Sequence record: NC_062581.1
Direction: 5' to 3' (one strand)
Length of the DNA: 64,000 nt
Of the stretch, positions 1 through 9,837 are shown one piece after another. The translations under genes and the position numbers were made by a program. The notes beneath the pieces were generated by a model. The model was not told the DNA's origin, did not search any database, and was given only the letters and a program-made list of their open reading frames with translations. Position 1 is the stretch's first letter. Each line of letters opens with the position of its first letter.

Positions 1-583
1 CAAAGTACTTAGCAACTAGATCTGGATCATCAAAGTCAACTGTACCAATTTCTGCTGGGTGCTTAGCTTCTGCTCGCGCTTGAACAAAAGGATCTAGCTT
101 ACCTTGCATCTCACGAATCAAACTGATGCTATTAATAGAACCAGTTGCGTTAAAAAGAAGTTTGTGAGAATACTCCTTCATGATTTGAGAAATCTTTGTA
201 TCGTTCAAGTGAGCGCGCAATACGTTACGCTTCTCATTGATGCGCTGCATGATGGATAGACCATCAGGGAATACTTCGTTAACCGCAGATGCAACTGCTT
301 CAAAAAGGTATGACTCTTCACGAGCACAAACCTGTACGTTTTGAAGAACTTCCATCATGCTAGGGAACTCAGTCGGAGTCTTGCAGTTGAGATCAACTAC
401 TAGCCGACGAAGCTCTAGAAATGTTTGACGTCCGTGATCGCTATCAATAGAAGTTTCTTTAACTTGAATCGTTTCGATAACGTCAGAAATCAGCTCGGTC
501 GATGCCGATGCAGGGGAGTCTTCGCGATGCTCTAGACAGAGCAAAGTGATGCAACTAACTAATAGTTGTTTATGCGTAGACAT
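1..583 (-). CDS. dnaB: DnaB-like replicative helicase, N-terminal part (runs off the window; phiKZ gp118 position)
   Basis: Translated by hand from ATG at 583 (MSTHKQLLVSCITLLCLEHRED...), open to the window edge, so absent from the ORF track. Identity rests on synteny upstream of the capsid gene; the ATPase motifs lie outside the window. Confidence 0.65.
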   Translation of the reverse strand, partial: MSTHKQLLVSCITLLCLEHREDSPASASTELISDVIETIQVKETSIDSDHGRQTFLELRRLVVDLNCKTPTEFPSMMEVLQNVQVCAREESYLFEAVASAVNEVFPDGLSIMQRINEKRNVLRAHLNDTKISQIMKEYSHKLLFNATGSINSISLIREMQGKLDPFVQARAEAKHPAEIGTVDFDDPDLVAKYF

Positions 584-713
584 TTTAGCGGTATTCCTGA
601 AAAGTGAATGTTTTCTAATTATGTGCCATGTATTATTATCTAGATAGGTAGTTTATTACATATCCCTATGTATAAGGCTATGAAACGTCAACATTCAACG
701 GGGTGCCATCGAA

Positions 714-1259
714 ATGGTCAAACTGTTAGTCCTACCTGCCAACTTGCTGGAACATTTCCGTAATGATGGCGTACAGCTTACCAAATTGCTTGACATCAAC
801 TATATGGCAAGCGTAGCGTCAGTCAGCGATCTCGCTGCTATCCATGACGCACTCAACAAATTCCCATTCAAGTTTTGTGAATTAACGAAAATTGAATTAG
901 CAGATAGTCCAGTATCGGGCTTGATGCAACTAGCCAGTGCTCCAGGTGTTACGAACCTTAAGATGCAAGATTTGCACAATCGTGTAGAAGGACGTATTAC
1001 CAACAATGCGCTAACTAAAGTACTGCACCCTAGCCTTGAATGCTGGGAATACAGTCTTTATCCTGTAGATGAGAATCTTTGGGTTGCTGTGCAAAAGAGT
1101 TTGCACACGGGTAATGGCGATCCTGCTCGACTCTCCATCAAGGCCAATCATGCATTATTTGATGATATGATCGGCGAACTGATGCGAACTCGAACATTCG
1201 AGAGTGTCGCTTCAACAAAACTGTTCACTTATTATTTAGAGGCATTGCAGGCAAAGTAA
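714..1259 (+). CDS. Conserved hypothetical / virion-associated protein (phiKZ gp119 position)
   Basis: 181-aa ORF directly upstream of the capsid gene. Confidence 0.6.
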   Translation: MVKLLVLPANLLEHFRNDGVQLTKLLDINYMASVASVSDLAAIHDALNKFPFKFCELTKIELADSPVSGLMQLASAPGVTNLKMQDLHNRVEGRITNNALTKVLHPSLECWEYSLYPVDENLWVAVQKSLHTGNGDPARLSIKANHALFDDMIGELMRTRTFESVASTKLFTYYLEALQAK

Positions 1260-1317
1260 CTGCATCCCTAGATTTTGTAACACCACCAAAAACTCATCTC
1301 CTTCGAAGGAATAGATC

Positions 1318-3540
1318 ATGAATCTCGATTCACTGTTTAAACACAACGTAGCGAAACAATACACTCGCTTCTCCATGGAAGACTTCCTGGGCAAACTGGA
1401 AACCGAACAGAACTACGCTGACAACCTGCTGGCCAAAGGTAAGAGCCTGGTAGAATACATCAGCCAAGAAAACTTCGGCGACATTAACGAAGCACAACGT
1501 AGCACTGCTGGTGCTCTGTACAAAGATCTCGGTAGCATGCTGAAGACTTTCGGTTTTGAATACTTTGACGAGAAATCGGGCAAAGCACAAATCTCCGAAA
1601 ACCAACAACGCGCTGCTGCTATCGCTGCTATCGCCTGTGCTGATCCAGAAGCTTATAAGAAAGCTCTGCGTTCGGTTGCTAAAGAAGTAGTTTCGAACGA
1701 AGATAACGTCTTCAACGTTCGCCATGAATTTGCTGGTCCTGCTGGTTCCCTGCAAGTATTCCAAGACCACCTGGGTCTGGAAAACTACAACGAAAAATCC
1801 CAACGCGACTTCCGTGTTGTAACTGTTGGTTATAACCTCGAAGCTTCCCGTCAGGACGAGTTCGCTGAACGTCTGTACCCTACTACTGTTGTAAACCCAG
1901 TAGAAGGTGGTGTTGTTCAGGTTCTTCCTTACATCGCTGTAATGAAAGATGTATACCACGCCGTTAGCGGTCAGAAACTGCAAAACGAAGAAGTGAACAT
2001 GGTAGAAGCATACCGTGATCCATCGATCCTGGATGACAACTGCACCGACCTGATCCCTGCTGTTGATCCAGATGGTAGCAACCTGAAGTTCTTCACCGAT
2101 CCTACAGTTGTTCCACACCACGTTGTTACTAACGAACAGAACATGACTATCACCACTGGCCCACTTAAGCCAAACGTGAAAATCGATCTGATGGGTAACT
2201 CGAACGCCAACCTGCTGATCAACAAAGGCATGCTGGACATTTCGGATACTATCGATCCAAGTGGTCGTCTGAAAGCTCTGTACGTCAAGTTCGACGGCAA
2301 GATCATCCGCTTCGTTGTTGACCGTCTGCCTACCGCTGTATTCCAGCCTGGTCTGATCGGCGACACCCGTCAAGCTAAACTGGACTTCATCACTGAAGAC
2401 CTGGTTGTTGGCGAAGACACCAAAGCAATCGACGGTACCGTTTCTGCTAACGTGCAAGAACTGGTTAACCGTAAGTGGACTGCTCGTATCAGCGTTTCGT
2501 TCAACGGCCATGTATCCACTTCCCGTGGTGATGCTCGTTACGGTACTACTGGTATCGAAATCGACCGTATCGTTGACGAAGATCGTAAACTGATCTCGAT
2601 CGAATCTGGCGACGGTAAAGATCTGGTTGACGCCATCGGCGAACTGGAAGTAGTCGGCTACGACCTGGACCTCAAGTTCACCAACACTAACCGCCGTCAG
2701 CGTGGTCACCTGTTGCAAACTCGTGCTATCCAGTTCCGTCACCCAATCCCAATGCACGCTCCGGTAACCCTGCCAATGTCCACTATGGATGAGCAAGGCC
2801 CAGGCGACGTTGTTAAGGCACTGACTGTTAACACCAACATCCGTAACAGCAACAACGCTGTTAAACGTCTGCTGAACTACCTGGCTCAGTTGAAAGAAGT
2901 AGTTGGTAATGGTTACGACCGTCCTAAGTTTGGTGCTGTTGAAGGTGCTCTGAGCATCATGATGCGTCCAACCTACCGTGAAGGCACTCTGCACCTTCCT
3001 GATCACATCGATACCCTGAAATCTCAGGATCGCTGGCAGGACGTTTGCAGCACCATCTTGAACTACGCTAAAGGTATCCTGTTCCCAGCATACCGCGAGT
3101 CCAACATTGAAGCTGCTTTCCGTGTAATCTCGGGTAACCAAGACGAGAAGCCAATGTTCATCTTCGCTACCGACAAAGAAATCGGTAACTACCTGATGAC
3201 CCAAGGCGACGACCGTACTCTGGGCGCAATCCTGGAATACGACCTGGTAACTACCAACAACGAACTGTTCGATGGTAAACTGGTAATCGTTCCTACTCGT
3301 AAGAACCCAACCGAAAACGACATCCTGTCCTTCGGTCAGTTCTTCTACGTATCGACCGTCATCGCCGACCTGCCTATCACTCGTGGTGGCCAGCAAGTGA
3401 CTCGTGAGATCGCAGCTGTTCCGTTCAACCTGCACGTTAACAACATTCCATTCGCTATCAACCTGACCATCACTGGTCTGGAAGAAGTCATGGGCAAATC
3501 TCAGTGGAACAAACCACTGATTTCCGCACTGGCTGCTTGA
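1318..3540 (+). CDS. Major capsid protein (phiKZ gp120-like)
   Basis: 740 aa, extreme high-expression codon bias, strong AAGGA RBS, N-terminal propeptide with SME and GLE maturation motifs; size and synteny fit gp120. Confidence 0.9.
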   Translation: MNLDSLFKHNVAKQYTRFSMEDFLGKLETEQNYADNLLAKGKSLVEYISQENFGDINEAQRSTAGALYKDLGSMLKTFGFEYFDEKSGKAQISENQQRAAAIAAIACADPEAYKKALRSVAKEVVSNEDNVFNVRHEFAGPAGSLQVFQDHLGLENYNEKSQRDFRVVTVGYNLEASRQDEFAERLYPTTVVNPVEGGVVQVLPYIAVMKDVYHAVSGQKLQNEEVNMVEAYRDPSILDDNCTDLIPAVDPDGSNLKFFTDPTVVPHHVVTNEQNMTITTGPLKPNVKIDLMGNSNANLLINKGMLDISDTIDPSGRLKALYVKFDGKIIRFVVDRLPTAVFQPGLIGDTRQAKLDFITEDLVVGEDTKAIDGTVSANVQELVNRKWTARISVSFNGHVSTSRGDARYGTTGIEIDRIVDEDRKLISIESGDGKDLVDAIGELEVVGYDLDLKFTNTNRRQRGHLLQTRAIQFRHPIPMHAPVTLPMSTMDEQGPGDVVKALTVNTNIRNSNNAVKRLLNYLAQLKEVVGNGYDRPKFGAVEGALSIMMRPTYREGTLHLPDHIDTLKSQDRWQDVCSTILNYAKGILFPAYRESNIEAAFRVISGNQDEKPMFIFATDKEIGNYLMTQGDDRTLGAILEYDLVTTNNELFDGKLVIVPTRKNPTENDILSFGQFFYVSTVIADLPITRGGQQVTREIAAVPFNLHVNNIPFAINLTITGLEEVMGKSQWNKPLISALAA

Positions 3541-3624
3541 AGTCAACCGGGAAACGTCCGTCGCTTGGAAGATGGATCAATCCGGTACTCCGAGGACGGT
3601 ACCACCCAGCGGTACCTAGAATGA
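3541..3624 (+). other. In-frame 27-codon extension after the capsid UGA (candidate readthrough product SQPGNVRRLEDGSIRYSEDGTTQRYLE)
   Basis: Same frame as the capsid gene, UGA-A context, no independent start/RBS, lies before the terminator, and its motif matches the C-terminus of 30196..30735. Confidence 0.55.
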
Positions 3625-3626
3625 AA

Positions 3627-3666
3627 GACATAATCGCCTACCCTTCGGGGTAGGCTTTATGTCGTC
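3627..3666. terminator. Hairpin with TATG tail after the capsid gene
   Basis: GACATAATC-GCCTACCC-TTCG-GGGTAGGC-TTTATGTCGTC. Confidence 0.8.
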
Positions 3667-3674
3667 ACTCCAAA

Positions 3675-3698
3675 AAATCTCAGATCTATATTACTATT
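3675..3698 (+). promoter_or_regulatory. Phage early-type promoter, class A
   Basis: AAATCTCAGATCTATATTACTATT, identical to 56758..56781; contains the phiKZ early consensus TATATTAC. Confidence 0.75.
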
Positions 3699-3738
3699 CT
3701 GTAGTTATACCACTAATATAACCCACGAGGTAATCGCT

Positions 3739-4356
3739 ATGGATTATTTTGACCGCTTTGACAAAGTACTCGAAAACAACTTCCATGGTGATTATCGCGC
3801 CATGAAAGATTCCGGTTATCGTTTTGATAGCCTGCAAGGATTACCCTTGCGAATTGTTGAGATAGATCGTCGTCCTAAAAAGGAACCGGTTTATGTCACC
3901 ACACCTGACGTGCAGTTAGATGATGTTATCATACTGCCAGCAGAGGAGCCCACTAATAAAAATGAAGAACTGGATTTCGAAGTAATCGATCTCTCAGCAG
4001 AAATGGATCGTCGGAGAAAAAATACTGGTACAGATAATCCTGTACAACCTGAACCAGTTAGTGAGAATGCTGATTTGAAGCCTCTCGTTTTGTCCGTCAG
4101 ACAGGCGACCAAGCCGTCGTCAAGGGGGGCGGCTATACAAACCCAAACGAGTAAGGCTGCCAAAGATAAACATCTCGCCTCCGGTGGTAACCGAGCCCAG
4201 CGTAGAGCCATCAAAGCGATTAGTCGTAAAGATGGTAAAACGGCAAACAAGGGTCCTCGGGAAAACAGTGATCGAGACAATAGAAGTTCACAAGAAGCCG
4301 ACGCACCGAAACGTGTAAGCTTGAGTGAATTAGATTTCGGGTTTAGGTTGGAATAG
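3739..4356 (+). CDS. Hypothetical protein with basic low-complexity C-terminal half
   Basis: 205 aa, GAGG RBS, first gene after a promoter. Confidence 0.65.
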   Translation: MDYFDRFDKVLENNFHGDYRAMKDSGYRFDSLQGLPLRIVEIDRRPKKEPVYVTTPDVQLDDVIILPAEEPTNKNEELDFEVIDLSAEMDRRRKNTGTDNPVQPEPVSENADLKPLVLSVRQATKPSSRGAAIQTQTSKAAKDKHLASGGNRAQRRAIKAISRKDGKTANKGPRENSDRDNRSSQEADAPKRVSLSELDFGFRLE

Positions 4357-4362
4357 CTTTTT

Positions 4363-5520
4363 ATGACGTCACGCATCAACGATCCATATTCGCGCATCAC
4401 GGGGTTCAGTAGAACCCCTACAACAAAACCAAATACCAAGAGTGATACGTTTTCTGTATCCAGTCCCAAGTATGCAACTCTAGTTAAATCCGTTAACGTT
4501 GAAAACCGTACACGGATGGAGATTGTTACTTGGGATAACTTGTGTATTCCGTATCACTTGGATGCGCGAAGCCCAGCCAACCCAGAAGTGGTTAGGGTAG
4601 AAGTATCAGTTAAACCATGTGCTGGTGCTAGACCTGATTATAATGGCATGCATGATCTAATGCAACATGTCCCAGCAGAGATGGTCGATTATATTGACAA
4701 GTCTCTAAAAGGGCAAGATCTAGAACACGCTACTGTTGTACCAAATGGCACGCTTTATTTCTATTGGGATATCCCATTAGAACTTCTACAACGTTCACCG
4801 GGGGGTGTTCACGTAGAGGCATTGGGAATTGTTGTAAGATTGGCTAAGCATCATAAAGGTGCAGCTATCTATCCTGCTGATTATCAACCACCTGATATTG
4901 AAGTAACAGGTGAAGGCATCAGTGCATCATTTAACAAGATCGATTACACCATTGACGGGATCTGGATTAACCTAAAAGGCACCACTACACGTTTCCTGTG
5001 TAAGAATCAAAATGATGATACCCAACCCGAAGGACTTATTATCCATTCGAATGGGCAAGAACGTAGTTATCGAATCAATGAATTATCATCGAACGGTTTC
5101 TACATGTCCGAGCAAGATGCAGCCAGTTCGCGTGGAGAGACCGCAGCTGAAGTATCACAAGCTCAGAAAGCATACCAACAGCAGGTGGATAGAGATTACG
5201 AACGCCGTATCAAAGAAGACCAGACGAATTATGATCGTCGCCAGAAGGAAGATCAAATAGCCAGAGATGCAGAGAATAGAGAATATGAACGGCGCATTAA
5301 AGATGCCGAACGTGAAGCTCGTGAACTGCGTGAAAAGCTAACCCTTCATCGTGAAGAACGTGCCTATGTTGATCAACGAGCAGACAAGCGTGAGTCCGGG
5401 ACAAATATCCGACGAGCAGCTATACTGTCACTCGTACAAGGTGCAGTAGGTCTTATGGTATCTGGGCCAAAGGGTCTAGAACAAATCATCAAGATCTTTA
5501 CTAGTCTCAAAAGAGAATAA
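4363..5520 (+). CDS. Conserved hypothetical protein with R/E/D-rich coiled coil and hydrophobic C-terminus (gp122 position)
   Basis: 385 aa; YERRIKE/D repeats; co-oriented with the RNAP subunit gene. Confidence 0.7.
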   Translation: MTSRINDPYSRITGFSRTPTTKPNTKSDTFSVSSPKYATLVKSVNVENRTRMEIVTWDNLCIPYHLDARSPANPEVVRVEVSVKPCAGARPDYNGMHDLMQHVPAEMVDYIDKSLKGQDLEHATVVPNGTLYFYWDIPLELLQRSPGGVHVEALGIVVRLAKHHKGAAIYPADYQPPDIEVTGEGISASFNKIDYTIDGIWINLKGTTTRFLCKNQNDDTQPEGLIIHSNGQERSYRINELSSNGFYMSEQDAASSRGETAAEVSQAQKAYQQQVDRDYERRIKEDQTNYDRRQKEDQIARDAENREYERRIKDAEREARELREKLTLHREERAYVDQRADKRESGTNIRRAAILSLVQGAVGLMVSGPKGLEQIIKIFTSLKRE

Positions 5521-5522
5521 AT

Positions 5523-7154
5523 ATGCCGGACCCGAAACTCCTTGCTGGTATCAAAGCCAGAAACCCAAGAATGAATCCTATTCTTGCGAATGGTATTGCT
5601 GTAGACCAGATGATGTCAGTAGATCCAGAAACAGGCATGAACCAGACTCGTCGAGAAATCGATAAGATCATGGCAATCAACGCTAATATCTGGCCAGCCG
5701 ATTTCAAGTATGTCGGTAATACACTAGTAACCCCTTGGAAACATTTTGAGGAAGTTACACGTGAATACGGTTCCAAACGTATTGCTAATATCGCGAAGAC
5801 AGATACCTACATGGTCAATCTGAACTTCACGTATAAAGGCGAAGCGTTATTCCCACGACCATTGTTGTTGCCTAATATTCGAGATGGTGGTATTACCACA
5901 CTCAACGGCGCAAACTACACTGTATCTCCAGTATCGAAAGATGTGGCGTTCTCTGTATTGAATGGTAGTATCTTTATTCCCCTTCGTCGTACCAAGTTGA
6001 CTTTCAAACAGAAGTCGCATCATTACTTCTGCAATGGAAATCGAAAAATCATGTATGTGATCTGGTCTCAGATTCACAACGAGATGGGTAAACGAACTAA
6101 AAAGGACTATGACAAACGCGATCGAATTGAATCCAGTCTGGCTCAATATTTCTTTGCGCAATTCGGCGTTACGCAAACGTTTAAGAAATGGGCGAATGCA
6201 GATGTACAGGTAGGCTACCTGAAAGATTTCCCACCAGAGAAATACCCACGTGACCAATGGAACGTCTATCAATCTGCACATCTAACAGATAAGCACCCAA
6301 CTGGTGATCATGTGTTGGTAGTACCAGCTGACCAAGAAAATGATTTGGTCATGCGTTTGGTTGCAGGTTACTGGTATGTGGTAGATACATTCCCTAACCG
6401 GTTTGTTGAACCCCACTATGCCGATAGCATTGATCTGTGGCGCATCATCCTAGGCCACATGGTATTCGGTGATTTCGAACACCAAGGTAAAGTGGCAGAA
6501 AACATTAAGTCCCACATGTATTCCCTGGAAACAACTCTCGATGAGATGACCATGGAAGAGCTCCATTCCGTAGGAATTCGAGCCAATGACATTTGGGAAC
6601 TGTTTCATTCCATCATGACGGACATGGCTCACCACCTCTATGCTTCTGACATTGACGAAACATCAATGTACAATAAGCGTTTAACCGTGTTGCCGTATGC
6701 GATGGAAGATTTCAACTATGCTGTATCCATGTTCTCGTATATGTTCCAAGGTCGCCGAGACAAAACCGAATGGTCTCTGCAAGAACTTAACGATGGCTTG
6801 AAACGTTCGTTTAAATTGAACACAGCTATTCGTAAGCTCACCTCTGAACACGGCGAGTTCGATACACTGTCTATGCCAGGTTCCAACAAAGTTATCCGTT
6901 GTACGTCTATCCTCGTCCCACAGGACCGAGCGAAGTCTGCACTGGCTCATAACAAGTCTCTCTTGGCAGACAACACGCGCCTGCTGAACGCTTCTATTGC
7001 TGAAGTATGTCAGTATCGCAACCAACCGAAGAACAACCCTGATGGCCGTGGTCGTCTAAATCTTTTCACCAAGTTCCGTCATGACGGCTTGATTGAAAGA
7101 CGTGAAGAAGTTCGAGAACGCATCGACGAAGCACAAGCTCGTTTCAGTCGATAA
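5523..7154 (+). CDS. Non-virion RNA polymerase beta-like subunit, N-terminal part (phiKZ gp123-like)
   Basis: 543 aa, matching the size and position of gp123; C-terminal QPKNNPDGRGRLN segment resembles the beta fork region. Confidence 0.8.
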   Translation: MPDPKLLAGIKARNPRMNPILANGIAVDQMMSVDPETGMNQTRREIDKIMAINANIWPADFKYVGNTLVTPWKHFEEVTREYGSKRIANIAKTDTYMVNLNFTYKGEALFPRPLLLPNIRDGGITTLNGANYTVSPVSKDVAFSVLNGSIFIPLRRTKLTFKQKSHHYFCNGNRKIMYVIWSQIHNEMGKRTKKDYDKRDRIESSLAQYFFAQFGVTQTFKKWANADVQVGYLKDFPPEKYPRDQWNVYQSAHLTDKHPTGDHVLVVPADQENDLVMRLVAGYWYVVDTFPNRFVEPHYADSIDLWRIILGHMVFGDFEHQGKVAENIKSHMYSLETTLDEMTMEELHSVGIRANDIWELFHSIMTDMAHHLYASDIDETSMYNKRLTVLPYAMEDFNYAVSMFSYMFQGRRDKTEWSLQELNDGLKRSFKLNTAIRKLTSEHGEFDTLSMPGSNKVIRCTSILVPQDRAKSALAHNKSLLADNTRLLNASIAEVCQYRNQPKNNPDGRGRLNLFTKFRHDGLIERREEVRERIDEAQARFSR

Positions 7155-7173
7155 AATCTCAGAACTATATCAC
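7154..7173 (+). promoter_or_regulatory. Class A promoter variant
   Basis: AAATCTCAGAACTATATCAC, 18/20 identical to the core at 3675 and 56758. Confidence 0.65.
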
Positions 7174-7237
7174 TGGGGTGAAGCTTACAAAAGAATGGGT
7201 AAACCCCAATTGCAATGTATCCAAAAGGACCCAATGA

Positions 7238-9406
7238 ATGTACCAGCAACAACCAATGTATCAACAGCAGCCGCAACAGCAACAACCGCAGTACTTGGCG
7301 AGTATTTGTTTTAATCAGATTGATCAGTCCACGTTCAATCCGAACTTGCCTAACGCTAATGATGCACCGCTTCAAGTTCAAGGCACCCAGTGGCTTCAGA
7401 ACCAACAAGCACAACAAATGCTTGCACTTTCTTTGGGTACATTCCGTTTGCGTCTGCAAGAGCGTGCTACACGTTCGCCTTTGCATACCTGGGCATATAA
7501 CCAAATCTCCCAGAATCGGTTTCAAAACCAAATCTGGGCACAGTGGACCAACCATCTGGCTGGTTTCCTGGAATTCATTTCTGTGGTACAAGCTCAAAAC
7601 AATCCGCCTCAAGCAGCTATTCCAAAAGCTGCAGATACCATGTTCAAATGTTATCTGGCTGGCTGTGCTGCGCAACAACCACAGCTGATGCAATTCATTG
7701 CTCAAGATCAAAGCATGGTAGCTGACCTGCAAAAGTTCAGCCAAGTGTTTGGTGCTATTCAACAAGACGTTCAGGCTTATCGCTCTGGTCGTATGATGGC
7801 CCCGCAACAACAGCAGATGGTTCAGCAGCCACAGATGGGTATGATGAACAACGGTCAAATGGTTACCATGCATAATACTGGAACTGGTCAACTTCCAGCG
7901 GTAGGCATGGCACCAATGTATGGTCAGCCACAAATGATGCAACCGGCACCTCTGTCATCTATGGCAGTTGGTCATCAGTCTGCACATGTACAACAACCAT
8001 TGGTAGCACAACCAATGAGTGGCACCAACGGTACAGGTATGGATTATGGCATTCCCGCTAATGAACCAGAGCCTGCGCCAGTACAGCAGATTCAACTACA
8101 ACAGCCGCAAGCTAAACCTGCAGCGCTGAACCCAGTTGAATCGTACGGTGTATCCGTTGCCGAAGTTGCTGCTCCAACCTACGTACAGGTTATGGCAACT
8201 GAACAAGAACTGGATCGCCCAGTTCCACTGTCAGCTAAAGATGTAGTTCTTGATCCGCACTATCACGTACCAGCTGATGTTACGATTGATATGGAACGAC
8301 CATTCGATTACGTTTATTCGCCAGGTGGGATTATTACTCGTCCTGCTTATCAAGTACCAGATTGGACGGTTACACGAAATGATACGTTCGTGTATACCCA
8401 AATGGTTGACCCATCCCGCTTCATTCGTTTCTACACCAAGTGGCCTGATGGGGTAGTACAAGAAAGCATTGTTGAGATTAACGAAATGATGGACTACATG
8501 AAGCACGAGATTGATGCAGATCTTCGTCGTGCTGCCGAGAAACCAAACGGGGAAGTACGTCGTACTGCTCTGAAGATTCACACTGAGATCAATGACATGC
8601 TCCCGATCGCTGAAGTAAAAGAACTCCAACTGGCTGACGAACACCAGCCTGTTAAAATGTCCGGTGACTTCCAAGGCACTACCGACATGGAAAACGAAGT
8701 TGAGTCTCGCAAAGTACTGCGTCAACAACTGGGCCTGGATAAAGAAGCTAAACTTCCTTCCCATGAATACAGTTCGACGCGTACCCACCTGATCGATATC
8801 GATCAAGATGGTTTTGAAGCAATGCTGACCAGCCTGGACTCGAATGATCTGCAACAGATCGCTAAAGACTTTGCGCTGCAGAATCGTCAAGGCCTGATGT
8901 CTGCTCGTGTGTATAACTTCATTAACGCACGTCTGACTAACGAGACTAACTCTTTCTTGAAAGATGCAATGTCTCTTGATGTAAATATCGACGACTTCAT
9001 CGAAGATATTAATCCACTGTTCGATCACTTGAACGGCATGGATCAGAAATACATCAAGCTGTTGAAAGAAGCAGCATCGTTGATCTTGTCGCGTGCAGTA
9101 CAACTACATCGCACTGTTGATGAGCAAGACGAAGTAAGCTTCTCTATCAACGACACGTACATCAATCTGCAGACTGGTTGGGTATTGGCTGATCTGACTG
9201 ACGCTAAGCTGAACAGCGAAGCACAATTGGTTTCTAGCTACACTCACCAAGCTCTGATTGATTCGATCAAAGGCATGTACACCCGTGCCGATGCTGGCGA
9301 ACGAATCCTGCGTCGTTTCCGCGTTATCACTCTAGATGGTGCTTACCTGGAAATCTTCAAGGGTGTCCTGGTTAATAGCGCATTCATGTTTAAACGTGTA
9401 GCGTAA
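7238..9406 (+). CDS. Conserved hypothetical protein with Q/P/M-rich disordered segments (gp124 position)
   Basis: 722 aa; poly-Q N-terminus and long Q/P/M/G region, folded acidic C-terminal half. Confidence 0.75.
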   Translation: MYQQQPMYQQQPQQQQPQYLASICFNQIDQSTFNPNLPNANDAPLQVQGTQWLQNQQAQQMLALSLGTFRLRLQERATRSPLHTWAYNQISQNRFQNQIWAQWTNHLAGFLEFISVVQAQNNPPQAAIPKAADTMFKCYLAGCAAQQPQLMQFIAQDQSMVADLQKFSQVFGAIQQDVQAYRSGRMMAPQQQQMVQQPQMGMMNNGQMVTMHNTGTGQLPAVGMAPMYGQPQMMQPAPLSSMAVGHQSAHVQQPLVAQPMSGTNGTGMDYGIPANEPEPAPVQQIQLQQPQAKPAALNPVESYGVSVAEVAAPTYVQVMATEQELDRPVPLSAKDVVLDPHYHVPADVTIDMERPFDYVYSPGGIITRPAYQVPDWTVTRNDTFVYTQMVDPSRFIRFYTKWPDGVVQESIVEINEMMDYMKHEIDADLRRAAEKPNGEVRRTALKIHTEINDMLPIAEVKELQLADEHQPVKMSGDFQGTTDMENEVESRKVLRQQLGLDKEAKLPSHEYSSTRTHLIDIDQDGFEAMLTSLDSNDLQQIAKDFALQNRQGLMSARVYNFINARLTNETNSFLKDAMSLDVNIDDFIEDINPLFDHLNGMDQKYIKLLKEAASLILSRAVQLHRTVDEQDEVSFSINDTYINLQTGWVLADLTDAKLNSEAQLVSSYTHQALIDSIKGMYTRADAGERILRRFRVITLDGAYLEIFKGVLVNSAFMFKRVA

Positions 9407-9411
9407 GTAAT

Positions 9412-9446
9412 AACATTGCCCTCTCTACGGAGAGGGCTTTATGTCG
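9412..9446 (+). terminator. Hairpin with TATG tail
   Basis: GCCCTCTC-TACG-GAGAGGGC-TTTATGTCG. Confidence 0.8.
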
Positions 9447-9456
9447 TAGAGGCCAT

Positions 9457-9837
9457 ATGTCAACTCCACTTGTAACCGCTGGGGAAAACCTCAAGCGTTT
9501 TAGCTTCAAGTTCACTGAGCAAGCATTAGGCTTCGAAAACAGTGCACGTAAATGGTTTCGTTCGCCCAGGTCTCAGAAATGGTGTGAGTACGGTCATCCG
9601 GAAAACCCAAGCAGCTGGGAACAAATTTCTGGTGAGAATGTAGGGGGCTTTATCAGTGATGTTGCTGTCAGTGATACAGAACTTACCTTCTTGTTTAACC
9701 CCATGGATACCCAGGTAACCGATTGGGAAAAACGTTTTGAACTAGTACCACGAGCACACTTTTACATGGACGGTGATAAGCCGGTTATGTTTGAGTTGTT
9801 TACTTTTGACATCCACCACAAGGTGCCCCATGCGTAG
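9457..9837 (+). CDS. Hypothetical protein; probable inactive prohead-protease-fold paralogue
   Basis: WCEYGHP...I..ENVGGFISDV...FNPM...LVPRA...LFTFDI parallels protease motifs MEFKHP...IDDDRVCAHIRAL...VKPY...CSVRS...ISTWDF. Confidence 0.6.
   Translation: MSTPLVTAGENLKRFSFKFTEQALGFENSARKWFRSPRSQKWCEYGHPENPSSWEQISGENVGGFISDVAVSDTELTFLFNPMDTQVTDWEKRFELVPRAHFYMDGDKPVMFELFTFDIHHKVPHA

Noticed and set aside
1330-3546. 738-aa antisense ORF spanning the capsid gene
   Set aside because: It mirrors the capsid frame. The capsid's strong codon bias avoids TTA, CTA and TCA, which removes antisense stops. The product has no protein-like features or RBS.
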